From assembly GCA_041690135.1 (NCBI GenBank), contig JAWLHY010000004.1, positions 160,001-224,000 on the forward strand: DNA of 64,000 nucleotides. Direction: 5' to 3'. Positions 50,146-60,361 of this stretch are shown here, piece after piece. The notes below the pieces were generated by a model, which made no database searches, was not told the DNA's origin, and saw nothing but the letters and a program-made list of their open reading frames with translations. Positions within the stretch are counted from its first letter, which is position 1, and each line of letters begins with the position of its first letter. The translations under genes and the position numbers were made by a program. This stretch comes from Armatimonadota bacterium (lineage in GTDB: Bacteria > Armatimonadota > SYMT01).

Positions 50146-51153
50146 CTAAACGATGACCTGTGCGGCTCCGTTTCCGCTTTTCGGGAGGGTGCCTTCCGAC
50201 TCCATCACTCCGCGGAGAGAGGCGACCGCCACTTCCACCATCTCCCGGTCCGGCTCACGCGTCGTCAGGCGCTGGGTGAGCAGCCCGGGTAGGACCAGCC
50301 ACTGGAGCGGCGCGAAGTTGCGGTACTTTCCGGCCAGCCGGATCACCTCATAGGAGATCGAGGCCACCACCGGCAGCATTCCCAGGCGCAGCGCGAGCCG
50401 CGGCAGGATCTGCTCCTGGAACGGCAACACGGCGAACACCAGCGCCTTGATGAGCAGTACCGTGAGCACGAAATTCGTGCCGCAGCGCGGGTGAATGCGC
50501 GAGGCGCGCGCCGCCGCGTCGACATCCAGCCGGCCCTCGGTCTCATAGGCGTTGATGGCCTGGTGCTCCGCCCCATGGTACTGGAACACCCGCTGCACGT
50601 CCTTCATCCGACCGATCAAGGCAATGTAGGTGAGCACCATGGCCACCCGGACCACGCCCTCAATCACCTGCCGCCAGATGGTTTCGCCGACGATGACCGT
50701 GCACCAACCCGCGATGAGGCTCGGCAGCAGCATGAACAGGCTGATGCCGATCACCATGCCAAGGATGGCGGAGCCGGTGATCGCGATCCCGGTAATCGAG
50801 CCGCCGGCGCCTTCCCCGGTCACGGCCAGCAAAAGCTGCAGCGGACCCAGGAGCGCCTGGGTGAGCGGTCCGGTAGGCGGTGCCTGGCGCTTCTTCTCTT
50901 CTTCTTCCAGGGCCAGGTTCGCTGAGAAGAGAAGCGACTTCATGCCGAGCATCATCGCGTCGGCCAGGGCGAAGACACCGCGCAAAAACGGCCACTTCGC
51001 CCAGGCGTAACGCGTGAAAAAGGCCGGCACTTCCTCCTGCCGCAGCAGGATCTCGCCGTCCGCTTTGCGGCAAGCCACGGCGAAATGCCGGGCGCCACGC
51101 ATCATGACGCCCTCGATAACCGCCTGCCCGCCGTAGGTGATTTTGTCGGCCAA
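50146..51153 (-). CDS. DUF1385 family membrane protein
   Basis: GGQAVIEGVMM, YHGAEH, HPRCGTNF and Q.LTTREP, in the conserved position between rpmE and prfA. Confidence 0.92.
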   Translation of the reverse strand: MADKITYGGQAVIEGVMMRGARHFAVACRKADGEILLRQEEVPAFFTRYAWAKWPFLRGVFALADAMMLGMKSLLFSANLALEEEEKKRQAPPTGPLTQALLGPLQLLLAVTGEGAGGSITGIAITGSAILGMVIGISLFMLLPSLIAGWCTVIVGETIWRQVIEGVVRVAMVLTYIALIGRMKDVQRVFQYHGAEHQAINAYETEGRLDVDAAARASRIHPRCGTNFVLTVLLIKALVFAVLPFQEQILPRLALRLGMLPVVASISYEVIRLAGKYRNFAPLQWLVLPGLLTQRLTTREPDREMVEVAVASLRGVMESEGTLPKSGNGAAQVIV

Positions 51154-51231
51154 TAACCTGGTCCCCGGAGCTAAGGGGCCCCCGGATTGGGGCTGCCCTG
51201 AAACCTGCCCAGGCGTGCTGCCCGAACGCGC

Positions 51232-51462
51232 TTACTTCTTCTTGGCGGCCGCCTGCTGCTTCAGGGCCTTGCCGTAGCGCTGCATGAACTTGTCCACGCG
51301 GCCTTCCGTATCCACGATCTTCTGCTTGCCCGTGTAGAACGGGTGGCAAGCCGAGCAGATTTCGACCGTGACCTGCTCCTTCAGCGAGAGCGACTCGAAC
51401 GTGTTGCCGCACGCGCAGCGCACGTTGGACGTCACGTACTTGGGATGGATTCCGTCCTTCAT
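51232..51462 (-). CDS. rpmE: 50S ribosomal protein L31 (Zn-binding type)
   Basis: [13 protein letters not shown]...[12 protein letters not shown]. An extended -10 (TGG-TATAAT) lies on the minus strand at 51532-51540. Confidence 0.97.
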   Translation of the reverse strand: MKDGIHPKYVTSNVRCACGNTFESLSLKEQVTVEICSACHPFYTGKQKIVDTEGRVDKFMQRYGKALKQQAAAKKK

Positions 51463-51607
51463 CTTGAAAACTCCAATCGCCCGCGAGGGCGCAAACCGGT
51501 CGTCCCGCAGATCTCGTGGGACTGGCCCCGCATTATACCAAGTTCCAGGGGTGGCTAACAAGCCGTGTGGTCTGGAACGGCTGCGGGTTGGCTGGAGGGT
51601 GCTGCTG

Positions 51608-51857
51608 GGTTGGAAGGTTGCAGGTTGGAAGGTTGCAGGTTGCAGGTTGCAGGTTGCAGGTTGCAGGTTGAAGGTTGAAGGTTGAAGGTTGAAGGTTGAA
51701 GGTTGAAGCCCCCTCGGGGGCCAGGGGTTGAAGCCCCCTCGGGGGCCAGGGGTTGAAGCCCCCTCGGGGGCCAGGGGTTGAAGCCCCCTCGGGGGCCAGG
51801 GGTTGAAGCCCCCTCGGGGGCCAGGGGTTGGAACCGCCTCGGAGGGCAGGGGTTGAA
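51608..51857 (+). repeat. Graded tandem repeat: (GGTTGCA)n, (GGTTGAA)n, then five perfect and one degenerate 25-bp palindromic units
   Basis: GGTTGAAGCCCCCTCGGGGGCCAGG starts at 51701, 51726, 51751, 51776 and 51801; a degenerate copy starts at 51826. No spacers. Confidence 0.95.
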
Positions 51858-52003
51858 AACGCTTCGGGCCATTGCAGGTAGGGTCCCCCGCGGGGGCTGA
51901 AGAATGGCCGTAAATTGTCGCGGTGTTCTGCAGATTGCTAACACTTCGCCCGGGAGCCGGAGGCTAGCCAGCGCAGTTGCGCTCTGGGTGGGAGCCGGTT
52001 CAC

Positions 52004-52092
52004 AGCCCCGGAGGGGCGATGGGACATTAGCCGGGGGTGCGAACCCCCGGACCGCAGGCCGGCATGAAATAGCCCCGGAGGGGCGGCAGAGC
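52004..52092 (+). repeat. ~90-nt REP/MITE-like palindromic element, copy C
   Basis: AGCCCCGGAGGGGCG..TTAGCCGGGGGTGCGAACCCCCGGA..AGCCCCGGAGGGGCGGCAGAGC. Confidence 0.8.
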
Positions 52093-52160
52093 GATAGGTG
52101 GTGAAAAACCTGCCTCGCCGTGAGGCGTGGGCGGGATGGCGCCGGATGCGCTTCCGTTCC

Positions 52161-52787
52161 CTAAAGAAAGGTGACGCTGTTAAAACCCAGTAACTTCAGG
52201 TGCTGCTGGAGGGCTTCGCGGGCGTTGGTTTCAGCGGTGTTGAGGACCCCCTGCTCCAATGCCGCGGCCTGGATCCGGTTCTCGGCTTCCTGGCGCACCC
52301 GCTTCTCCAGGTCGCGGTCCGGGCCCGTCAGGAAACCGGACTGGCGATCGAAGACTTCGCTCTTGCCGTTGTCGAGGCGCGTGTGGAAGATCTGCGGCTC
52401 CGGCAACCGCAGTTCTACCCGGTCCGACTTCACGCGGATATCGGGCGCTCCCAGGCGCGAGAGGTCCACTCCCGCCACGACTTCCCCGTGTCCGACGAAG
52501 AGGAGACGGTCCCCGGCGACCCAGGTCGGCAGGATGTTGCTCGTATCGCCGCGCACGATGACCTGGCCCTGATAGCGACACGTCTCCAGACGGTTCAACT
52601 TCTGGATCGCCTGTAGCACTGTCGGTCCGGCCGGCGCCGTACGGGTGGAAAGGCTGAATGGGTTCGGCACCAGTCCCGCCAGGAAACCGGCCGGGTTCAA
52701 CAGGCTCCGGGCCGCCGAAAACCCGGCGATGCCGAACGTCGCCGCCACCGCGGCAGCGATCCAGACTGAAGGAACGCGCGCTCTCAT
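52161..52787 (-). CDS. DUF4230 domain protein
   Basis: N-terminal TM helix, G.V.AGVDL, LPEPQI and A..AA...G.L..AE.NA. Confidence 0.85.
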   Translation of the reverse strand: MRARVPSVWIAAAVAATFGIAGFSAARSLLNPAGFLAGLVPNPFSLSTRTAPAGPTVLQAIQKLNRLETCRYQGQVIVRGDTSNILPTWVAGDRLLFVGHGEVVAGVDLSRLGAPDIRVKSDRVELRLPEPQIFHTRLDNGKSEVFDRQSGFLTGPDRDLEKRVRQEAENRIQAAALEQGVLNTAETNAREALQQHLKLLGFNSVTFL

Positions 52788-52976
52788 ATCTCCTAAGACG
52801 CCCTGGGGCACCCGGGCGTTCCCCTGTTGTGGTCCTACTTTCGTTGGCCGGGTTGCTGCGTTCCGCGGCGGGCAGAGTATACTTCTGTGGCGCAGGAAAG
52901 CAGCGGGCCGGTCGGTGAAACGATCCTGGCAGCGGACCCGTCATCAGGCCGGCGAACAGGTCGGAAAACGATCCTC

Positions 52977-55424
52977 ATGAACAGAACCACCCTCTCAACA
53001 GGCACCGGCAACCGTGATTCGCACCCCCAGGGTTCCGGTCGAAAGCCCACTGCTTTACTGGCGGCACTGGCCGCTACCCTGATCGGAGGCACGGCGCTGG
53101 CCCAGGCGCCCTCCCCGGCTGTGGCTCCGGGCCCCCTGCGCGTCGAAACCCGCCGGGACCGGCACCCGCAGGTGGAGACGGACGCGCGGGGCAACCTGGT
53201 GTTCCGCAACCTGCACCTGGTAGCAGTCCTGGAGAAGCGTGCCGATGGTTTCGGGCCCCTCACGCTGTTTCCCGCGTCCCGACCCACCCGCCTCGGCTCC
53301 CTCCCCATCGCCTTCGTACCGGAGCTGGCACGGGTTACCTGGCGGGACGGCGGCACCGAAAGGTCCGGCGCCTTCCAGCCCCAGGCGGCGCGGATTTCCG
53401 GGGACGACCGGGTGGTGCTCTCCGGGTCCGTGCGTGACGGCGACGATTCCTGGGCCGCCGAGGCGGTGCTAAGCATTGGTGACGAGCCGTGGCTCAACTG
53501 GCAGGTAGCGGTCCGGCCGGCAGAAGCAACCGGTCTTCTGCGCTTCGCCGCCCTCCCGCTCCGGGCGGGGCGCGGCGGCCCCAGTGAGGCGCTGGTCCCT
53601 GGCGTGTTCTTTGCGCGCTACAACGAGACGCTCGAGACCCCGGCCCCGCCGGCCCGGCCCCTGGTGCCCAACCCACTCCACCTGACGGCCCCCGTGATGG
53701 CGATGGCGGCCGAGGACACCACCGTGGCGCTGCTGTGGGATATGCAGCAGACCACCGGCACGGGCGGCCTGCCTTCCGCGCTCTTCGATGCACCGGGCGC
53801 GCCGGATAGCCCGGCGGGGGCGGAAAACTACCGGATGGAGCTGTTCCTGCCTTCGGTGCCGAACCCGGTGGAGCCGAACCATGAGCAGGCCACGGAGCCG
53901 CTGGCGGTGGCCGCCAACACTGAGTTGCGCCTGGCCGGCAAGCTGCTGGTGGCGCCCGGACTGAACGACGCGACCGCCGCGATCCGACAGTGGACCCGCG
54001 CCTATCCGAACCGCTTCCGCGAGCTGGACGTGAAGGAGCCGCGTTCGATCGAGGCGACGCGCCGGCTCTCCCGGCAGACACTGCTGGGGAACACCGGGGA
54101 GGTCACCCCGCTGGAAGCCGTGGCCCTGCGGACCGAAGCCGGCCTGGTGGGCCGGGGCCGGGATGCTGTCGCCCTCCGCGAGGGCGCCGACCGGGCCACG
54201 GACGCGCTCCGGCAGGAGGGCGTCCTGGAGCCTCGCCTGGCCTATCGCGTCGGCGGCGTAATCCCTAGCCTCGCCCGGGAAGAGTCCGAAGTCTACCGGA
54301 TAATCGACGCCCAGCTCCCCGACGGAAGTTGGGCCGAAGCGCTCCCACCGAATGAGAATGTAGTCGTGCAGCCGGGTCTCCGAGGGGTTGGGGTCACAGC
54401 GGTGCACGCGCTGCCGGTACTCCGGTACGCCGCGCTTACGGGCAACAGCAATGCCGCCGGATCCGGTTATCGCGCTCTCGAGTATCTCTCCGAGTACGTC
54501 TACGGACGCCCCAAGGGCCGCTACCGCATCCCACGGATGGTGCAGGGCGACGGCAACGCTCCCAGCCTCCCGTCGCTCTACGTGGCCGCCGACGTGGCCG
54601 AGTGTTTCCTGCTGGGCTACCAGGTAACCGGTGAGATTCGCTTCCTGGAAGAGGCCCGCTTCTGGGCCGATACCGGCCTGCCGTTCATCTATCTCTGGTC
54701 GGCATCGCAGAAGCCGGTCCTGCCCGGCGCCGCCCTACCGGTCATCGGCGAGCGGCCCGGCATCGCCGAGCAGTTGGCGGGGCTCGCTTTCGCGCGGGTA
54801 CTGCTCGACCTGGACCGCTATCGCGACGACGACCTCTACGAGAAGGTAATCCACAGCATCGTCGTCAGCACCATGCACCAGCAGGCGACAATGGGCGCCG
54901 ACGCCGGCACCTACCCGCTGCACTGGAACGTGCTCTCCGGCCAGCCCGAGGGCGTTCGCCTGCAGCCGGACCTGCTGCTTTCGGTGATCCACGACCGCCA
55001 GGGCTATGCCCCCGAGGTCTCGCACCGCCGCATCCGCGTGGGCCCAGACCGCCTCTTCGTCGCCAGCGGCGCCACCATCAAACAGGTGGACAGCACAGCG
55101 TTCCGGCTCCGCCTGGACCTGCACTGGCTGGAGGACGCGGAGACGATCACGACGGTCGCCGGAGTACCAGGCCGGCCGATCAGCGTCGAATACAACACCT
55201 CTCGCCTGCGCCGTCGCGGCATTCCCGTGAGCCGCCGCTTCCTGCCCGAAGCGGACGCGCCGGAGCAGCCGGGCTGGAGCTACAACGAGGAAACCGGCCT
55301 GCTCACGCTCCGCCTGGAGCACACCGGGGGCGAGGATGAGTTGGAGATCCGCTGGGCCAATCCTGTTGAGCGGTTTCCGGTAGACCGGATCGACCGGCGC
55401 GCCCGGAGCCGGCGGGGAACCTGA
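52977..55424 (+). CDS. Large exported hypothetical protein (possible alpha/alpha-toroid, carbohydrate-active)
   Basis: Signal-like hydrophobic segment, QLPDGSW motif and helical Y..TGE.RFL..A repeat. Confidence 0.7.
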   Translation: MNRTTLSTGTGNRDSHPQGSGRKPTALLAALAATLIGGTALAQAPSPAVAPGPLRVETRRDRHPQVETDARGNLVFRNLHLVAVLEKRADGFGPLTLFPASRPTRLGSLPIAFVPELARVTWRDGGTERSGAFQPQAARISGDDRVVLSGSVRDGDDSWAAEAVLSIGDEPWLNWQVAVRPAEATGLLRFAALPLRAGRGGPSEALVPGVFFARYNETLETPAPPARPLVPNPLHLTAPVMAMAAEDTTVALLWDMQQTTGTGGLPSALFDAPGAPDSPAGAENYRMELFLPSVPNPVEPNHEQATEPLAVAANTELRLAGKLLVAPGLNDATAAIRQWTRAYPNRFRELDVKEPRSIEATRRLSRQTLLGNTGEVTPLEAVALRTEAGLVGRGRDAVALREGADRATDALRQEGVLEPRLAYRVGGVIPSLAREESEVYRIIDAQLPDGSWAEALPPNENVVVQPGLRGVGVTAVHALPVLRYAALTGNSNAAGSGYRALEYLSEYVYGRPKGRYRIPRMVQGDGNAPSLPSLYVAADVAECFLLGYQVTGEIRFLEEARFWADTGLPFIYLWSASQKPVLPGAALPVIGERPGIAEQLAGLAFARVLLDLDRYRDDDLYEKVIHSIVVSTMHQQATMGADAGTYPLHWNVLSGQPEGVRLQPDLLLSVIHDRQGYAPEVSHRRIRVGPDRLFVASGATIKQVDSTAFRLRLDLHWLEDAETITTVAGVPGRPISVEYNTSRLRRRGIPVSRRFLPEADAPEQPGWSYNEETGLLTLRLEHTGGEDELEIRWANPVERFPVDRIDRRARSRRGT

Positions 55425-55514
55425 AACGGATAAGGACCTGGGCAGATAAAGATAGGGATAAAGAGGGCCGTTGAGCCCAGGATGGGATAGACGGTCCGGG
55501 ATGAGGTTGCAGGC

Positions 55515-55557
55515 ACCGCACCGGGTGAGCCGAATGGTTCGCCCGGTGCGGTTTTTT
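55515..55557 (+). terminator. Intrinsic terminator
   Basis: ACCGCACCGGGTGAGCC-gaat-GGTTCGCCCGGTGCGGT followed by TTTTT. Confidence 0.8.
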
Positions 55558-55810
55558 GTCACCCGGTTGGAACCCCAGGGTAACAAGTCCCCTTCCGCTG
55601 TGTTAGAATCACCCGGCCATATCGCAAACGCTTTTTTGCCACCGATCGGTGCGAAGCGGGCCAACCGAACGGCTCGGACGACGACACTTCCCCGACCTTG
55701 CAGAAGGGTGGGTTTCATTGCCCGAACGTTTACCCACCACAGGGGGGCCTGAACGCCCGAACACCCGAACACCCGAACACCTGACCTTTACACATTACGC
55801 ATTCAGACCC

Positions 55811-58800
55811 ATGCCTCTCGACCGCATTTCCATCCGGGGCGCCCGGCACCATAACCTGAAGAATATCGACGTCGAGATCCCGCGCGACAAGCTGGTGGTC
55901 ATCACGGGAGTATCCGGCTCCGGGAAGTCGAGCCTGGCCTTCGACACCATCTACGCGGAAGGGCAGCGCCGCTACGTGGAGAGCCTCTCCGCCTACGCCC
56001 GGCAGTTCCTGGGACAGATGGACAAGCCGGACGTCGACTACATCGAGGGTCTTTCACCCGCGGTGTCGATCGACCAGAAGTCGACCTCGCGCAACCCCCG
56101 CTCCACCGTGGCGACGGTGACGGAGATCTACGACTACCTCCGACTGCTCTACGCCCGCATCGGCGTTCCCCACTGCCCGAAGTGCGGGAAGCCGATCACG
56201 CAGCAGAGCGTGCAGCAGATGGTCGACTCCGTGCTGGAGCTGCCCGAGGGGTCACGCATCCAGGTGCTGGCGCCGGTAGTCCGCGGGCGAAAGGGGGAGT
56301 ACCGGGCGGAACTGGAAGACATCCGCAAGCAGGGCTTCGTGCGCGTGCGGGTCGACGGCCAGATGCATGAGGTGACCGACGATATCCAGCTCGACCGCTA
56401 TAAACAGCACACCATCGAGGTAGTGGTCGACCGCCTGATTCGGCGCGAAGGGGTGGAGAGCCGCCTGGCCGAAAGCATCGAAAGCGCCCTCAAGCTCACC
56501 GGCGGCATCCTCGGCATCCTCTACGAAGCCCCAAAGGCGGGGGCCGGGGGTCAGGGGTCGGGGAGTGGAGGGGAGGGGACAGGGACCGGTGCAGGTTCCG
56601 GAAGTCCTAATCCTAATCCTAGTCCTAGTCCTAGTCCAGAAGCGGGTGAGCTGACCTTCTCGGAGCACTTCTCGTGTGTGGACTGCGGGGTAAGCCTGGA
56701 CGAGATCGCACCGCGCAATTTCTCCTTCAACAGTCCCTACGGCGCCTGCCCCTCCTGCCACGGGCTCGGTACCCACACGGAGTTCGACGCGAACCTGGTG
56801 CTCGACCCGGAAAAGAGCATCGAGCAGGGCGGGGTCATCCCGTTTGCCTCTACCACCAGCGACTACGTGAACCAGATCCTGCGCTCCGTCGCGCGCGTGG
56901 GCGGGCACACGGAGAAAACCCCGCTAGGTGAATGGAGCGAAGCGGCCCGCAAGATCCTGCTGCATGGCACGAAAGAGCCGATTCCGGTCACCTACACCAA
57001 CCCGCACGGCCGGCGCCGCAGCTACAACGCCCAGTTCGAGGGCGTAATCGGCATGCTGCAGCGCCGCTACACCGAGACTTCCTCCCAGATGATGAAGGAG
57101 GACCTGGAGCGGTACCAATCCACCCATCCCTGCGGCGCCTGTAAAGGCGCGCGCCTCAAGCCGGAGTCGCTGTCGGTCACCATCGGCGATCGGCATATCT
57201 CGCACATCACTGCCCTATCCATTCAGAAGGCGCTACAGTGGATCGGAAGCCTGGAGCTCAGTGAACGGGAACAGGTGATCGGACGGCAGATCCTGAAAGA
57301 GATCGGCACCCGGCTCGGCTTTCTCAAGGACGTGGGGCTCAACTACCTGACCCTGGACCGTGCTGCCGCGACGCTAGCAGGCGGGGAGGCGCAGCGAATC
57401 CGGCTCGCTACCCAGATCGGCTCCGGGCTGATGGGGGTGCTCTACATCCTGGATGAGCCCTCCATCGGGCTGCACCAGCGGGACAACCAGCGCCTCATCG
57501 ATACCCTGATCCGTCTGCGCAACCTGGGCAACACCATCCTGGTGGTGGAGCACGACGAGGAGACGATCGCCGCCGCGGACTGGGTCATCGACATCGGACC
57601 GGGTGCGGGCGAGCGGGGCGGGCACGTCGTCGCGGCCGGCACTCCCCAGGAAGTCGCGCAGAACCCGGAATCCGTGACGGGCGCGTTCCTCTCCGGCCTG
57701 GCCCGCATCGAGGTCCCGCAGCAGCGCCGACAGCCCAACGGCAAGTACTTCGAGCTGATCGGCGCCCGCGCGCACAACCTGAAGAACGTCTCGGTCCGCA
57801 TCCCCCTCGGCTGCTTCGTGGCGATCACCGGTGTCTCCGGCTCGGGGAAATCCACCCTGCTCCAGGAGACCCTCTACCCACGCCTGATGCAGAAGATCTA
57901 CAAGACGCGCACCGTCTGGGGCGAGCACGACGAGCTGCGCGGCGCGGAGCACGTGGACAAGGTTATCGACATCGACCAGTCCCCTATCGGCCGCACCCCG
58001 CGCTCCAACCCGGCGACCTACACCGGCGTGTTCGACCTGATTCGCGACCTGTTCGCCGCTACTTCCGAGGCGAAGGTGCGTGGCTACAAACCCGGCCGGT
58101 TCAGCTTCAACGTGAAGGGCGGCCGCTGCGAGAGCTGCAAGGGCGACGGCATCATCAAGATCGAGATGCACTTCCTGCCGGACGTCTACGTGCCGTGCGA
58201 GGTCTGCAAGGGGAAGCGGTACAACCGCGAGACCCTGGAAGTCCACTACCGCGGCAAGACGATCTCCGAAGTGCTCGATATGACGGTCGCCGAGGCCTGC
58301 GAGCTGTTCGAGAACATCCCGCCGATCGCGCGCAAGTTGAAGACGATCCGCGACGTGGGCCTGGACTACATCCGACTGGGACAGCCCGCCACCACCCTCT
58401 CCGGCGGCGAGGCACAGCGCGTCAAGCTGGCGACCGAACTCAGCAAGCGCTCTACCGGGCGAACCGTCTACATCCTGGACGAGCCGACCACCGGTCTGCA
58501 CTTCCGCGACATCCAGAACCTGCTGGCCGTGCTGACGCGGCTGGTCGAGACGGGGAACACCGTCATTGTCATCGAGCACAACCTCGACGTGATCAAGACG
58601 GCGGACTGGATCATCGACATGGGTCCCGAGGGCGGCGACGGCGGCGGCCAGGTGGTGGTCACCGGCACCCCGGAAGAAGTAGCCCACTGCGAGGCCAGCC
58701 ACACCGGCCGCTATCTGAAGAAGGTTCTCGCCCAGCAGGGCTACCTCGACCTCGGCCCCGCCTCCAATGGCGACGCCCCGGCTTCCGGTGATGGTGCCTC

Positions 58801-58969
58801 CACCGGCGCTCCCGAACCCGAAGAAGTCCCCACAGCAGCGGCGGCAGCCTCCAGCAACGGCAGCAGCCCCGACGGCCAGAGCACCAGCGACGGCAAAGCC
58901 GCCGAAGCCGCCAAGCCCACCCGAGCCCGCGGCGGACGCAAGAAAACCGCCACCCAAGCGGAGAAGTAA
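55811..58969 (+). CDS. uvrA: Excinuclease ABC subunit A
   Basis: Two GVSGSGKS Walker A motifs, [11 protein letters not shown], Zn fingers, LSGGEAQR and [12 protein letters not shown] at 55811. Confidence 0.98.
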   Translation: MPLDRISIRGARHHNLKNIDVEIPRDKLVVITGVSGSGKSSLAFDTIYAEGQRRYVESLSAYARQFLGQMDKPDVDYIEGLSPAVSIDQKSTSRNPRSTVATVTEIYDYLRLLYARIGVPHCPKCGKPITQQSVQQMVDSVLELPEGSRIQVLAPVVRGRKGEYRAELEDIRKQGFVRVRVDGQMHEVTDDIQLDRYKQHTIEVVVDRLIRREGVESRLAESIESALKLTGGILGILYEAPKAGAGGQGSGSGGEGTGTGAGSGSPNPNPSPSPSPEAGELTFSEHFSCVDCGVSLDEIAPRNFSFNSPYGACPSCHGLGTHTEFDANLVLDPEKSIEQGGVIPFASTTSDYVNQILRSVARVGGHTEKTPLGEWSEAARKILLHGTKEPIPVTYTNPHGRRRSYNAQFEGVIGMLQRRYTETSSQMMKEDLERYQSTHPCGACKGARLKPESLSVTIGDRHISHITALSIQKALQWIGSLELSEREQVIGRQILKEIGTRLGFLKDVGLNYLTLDRAAATLAGGEAQRIRLATQIGSGLMGVLYILDEPSIGLHQRDNQRLIDTLIRLRNLGNTILVVEHDEETIAAADWVIDIGPGAGERGGHVVAAGTPQEVAQNPESVTGAFLSGLARIEVPQQRRQPNGKYFELIGARAHNLKNVSVRIPLGCFVAITGVSGSGKSTLLQETLYPRLMQKIYKTRTVWGEHDELRGAEHVDKVIDIDQSPIGRTPRSNPATYTGVFDLIRDLFAATSEAKVRGYKPGRFSFNVKGGRCESCKGDGIIKIEMHFLPDVYVPCEVCKGKRYNRETLEVHYRGKTISEVLDMTVAEACELFENIPPIARKLKTIRDVGLDYIRLGQPATTLSGGEAQRVKLATELSKRSTGRTVYILDEPTTGLHFRDIQNLLAVLTRLVETGNTVIVIEHNLDVIKTADWIIDMGPEGGDGGGQVVVTGTPEEVAHCEASHTGRYLKKVLAQQGYLDLGPASNGDAPASGDGASTGAPEPEEVPTAAAAASSNGSSPDGQSTSDGKAAEAAKPTRARGGRKKTATQAEK

Positions 58970-59476
58970 CGACCAGACCGAAGCTGGCGCTTGCAGGTCA
59001 TTGCGAGGAGGGATAGTGCTCCGACGACTTCCCAGACCTGCACCGCCCCAAGGCCGGAGCGCAGCCATTATGCACCCGCACCCCGGTACCCGACGTGGCA
59101 AGCCCCCTGGTCAGGGAAGCCTTCATTACGCGGACTTGGCGGCGAGGGGCTCGGGGGTCGACGGCGAAGTTCATCCGAAGCTGTAGCTACACTCCTAAGG
59201 GTTGCGTGGAAGTAACTCAGCAGGTACGGTACATCAAGTGGATGCCGACACCCGCGCGCGGGTACCCGGCGCCGTCACTCCGGCAAGGCTCGCCAACCTA
59301 CGTGCAGAAACAGGTTCGTGCCAAGAGGTCAAGTACTGTTCAGATCTTCTCCCAACCCCTCTGCTAAATCTGCCGCAGGTTCAGGCCCTGCAAACCTATC
59401 AGGGGGATTTGCCTCTTTCTATCTCTGCAGGGATAATTGTGTGAAGTTGGAGAGGGAGAAGTGGGGAGTAGCGACT

Positions 59477-59812
59477 ATGCCGGCTACCGTTGAACGACTC
59501 AAGGAGAAAATCGCCGACCTGCAGCGAGGGTTAGCGGAAGTCAGTGCCGCACTCGACGAACTGACCCAGCAACAGGCGGAGCGGGACTATGGAGCGGTGC
59601 CCCTGAATGAGCCCGACCCGCTTGGAGGCGCCAGTTTTGCCGATTCCCGCGAGGTACTCCGTCTGTTCGACCGTGCTTCCGCCGAGATGGGCATGGAGTT
59701 GCCGAAGGACGCACCCACTCCCGAAGACGTGCAGGAACTCATGCTGCGCGAGGGTGTTCAGCCACAAGACAACATTCTCAGCCGCGGGATCATCGATGCC
59801 CGGGAAGAGTAG
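59477..59812 (+). CDS. Putative antitoxin
   Basis: Acidic 111-aa ORF with an N-terminal coiled coil, ending 3 nt before the PIN gene. GGGGAG RBS. Confidence 0.65.
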   Translation: MPATVERLKEKIADLQRGLAEVSAALDELTQQQAERDYGAVPLNEPDPLGGASFADSREVLRLFDRASAEMGMELPKDAPTPEDVQELMLREGVQPQDNILSRGIIDAREE

Positions 59813-59815
59813 GAC

Positions 59816-60313
59816 GTGACTTACTTCTACTTCGACGCGAGTGCGTTAGGGAAGCGGTACGCGGCCGAGATCGGATCCACGCTGGTGTCCCACCTGTTTG
59901 CGGCCACACCACACAGCCACTTCATCGTACTGCTCGCTGCAATCGGAGAGACGCTTTCTATCCTCGTCCGCCGTCGGAACGGCCAACTGTTAACACCGAA
60001 GGCCTACCAGGCAGCGTATGCGGCAATGCGGGCGGAACTCCTGGAGGCCGGCCAGATCCGCCTTCAATCGGTGGAAGACGCGCTGGTGGTAGCCTCACTT
60101 CCGTTGATCGAGCGACACTCCATCAATTCCACTGACGCGCTGGTGTTGCGTTCCGCACTCGACTTGGCCGCACTCTTGCGTAGCCGCGGCCACACGTTAG
60201 TGATGGTTGCTGCGGACGCCCGCCTGGTACGAGCCGCCGCTGCGGAAGGCTTGAGTACCTTCAACCCGGAGTCAGATAACCACGAGAAGCTGGACGCGCT
60301 GATCACTGCTTGA
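59816..60313 (+). CDS. vapC: PIN domain VapC-family toxin
   Basis: YFDASAL.KRY..E.GS, E..S, DAL...SAL and AD.RL..AA..EGL..NP. Confidence 0.88.
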   Translation: MTYFYFDASALGKRYAAEIGSTLVSHLFAATPHSHFIVLLAAIGETLSILVRRRNGQLLTPKAYQAAYAAMRAELLEAGQIRLQSVEDALVVASLPLIERHSINSTDALVLRSALDLAALLRSRGHTLVMVAADARLVRAAAAEGLSTFNPESDNHEKLDALITA

Positions 60314-60361
60314 TCCGTGCTCAGCACGCAGTGCCTTTCGGACACCACCCCTTTCGCGGCT

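Noticed and set aside
51701-51850. CRISPR array
   Set aside because: Repeats abut with no spacers and no cas genes are in the window. Reported as a tandem repeat.
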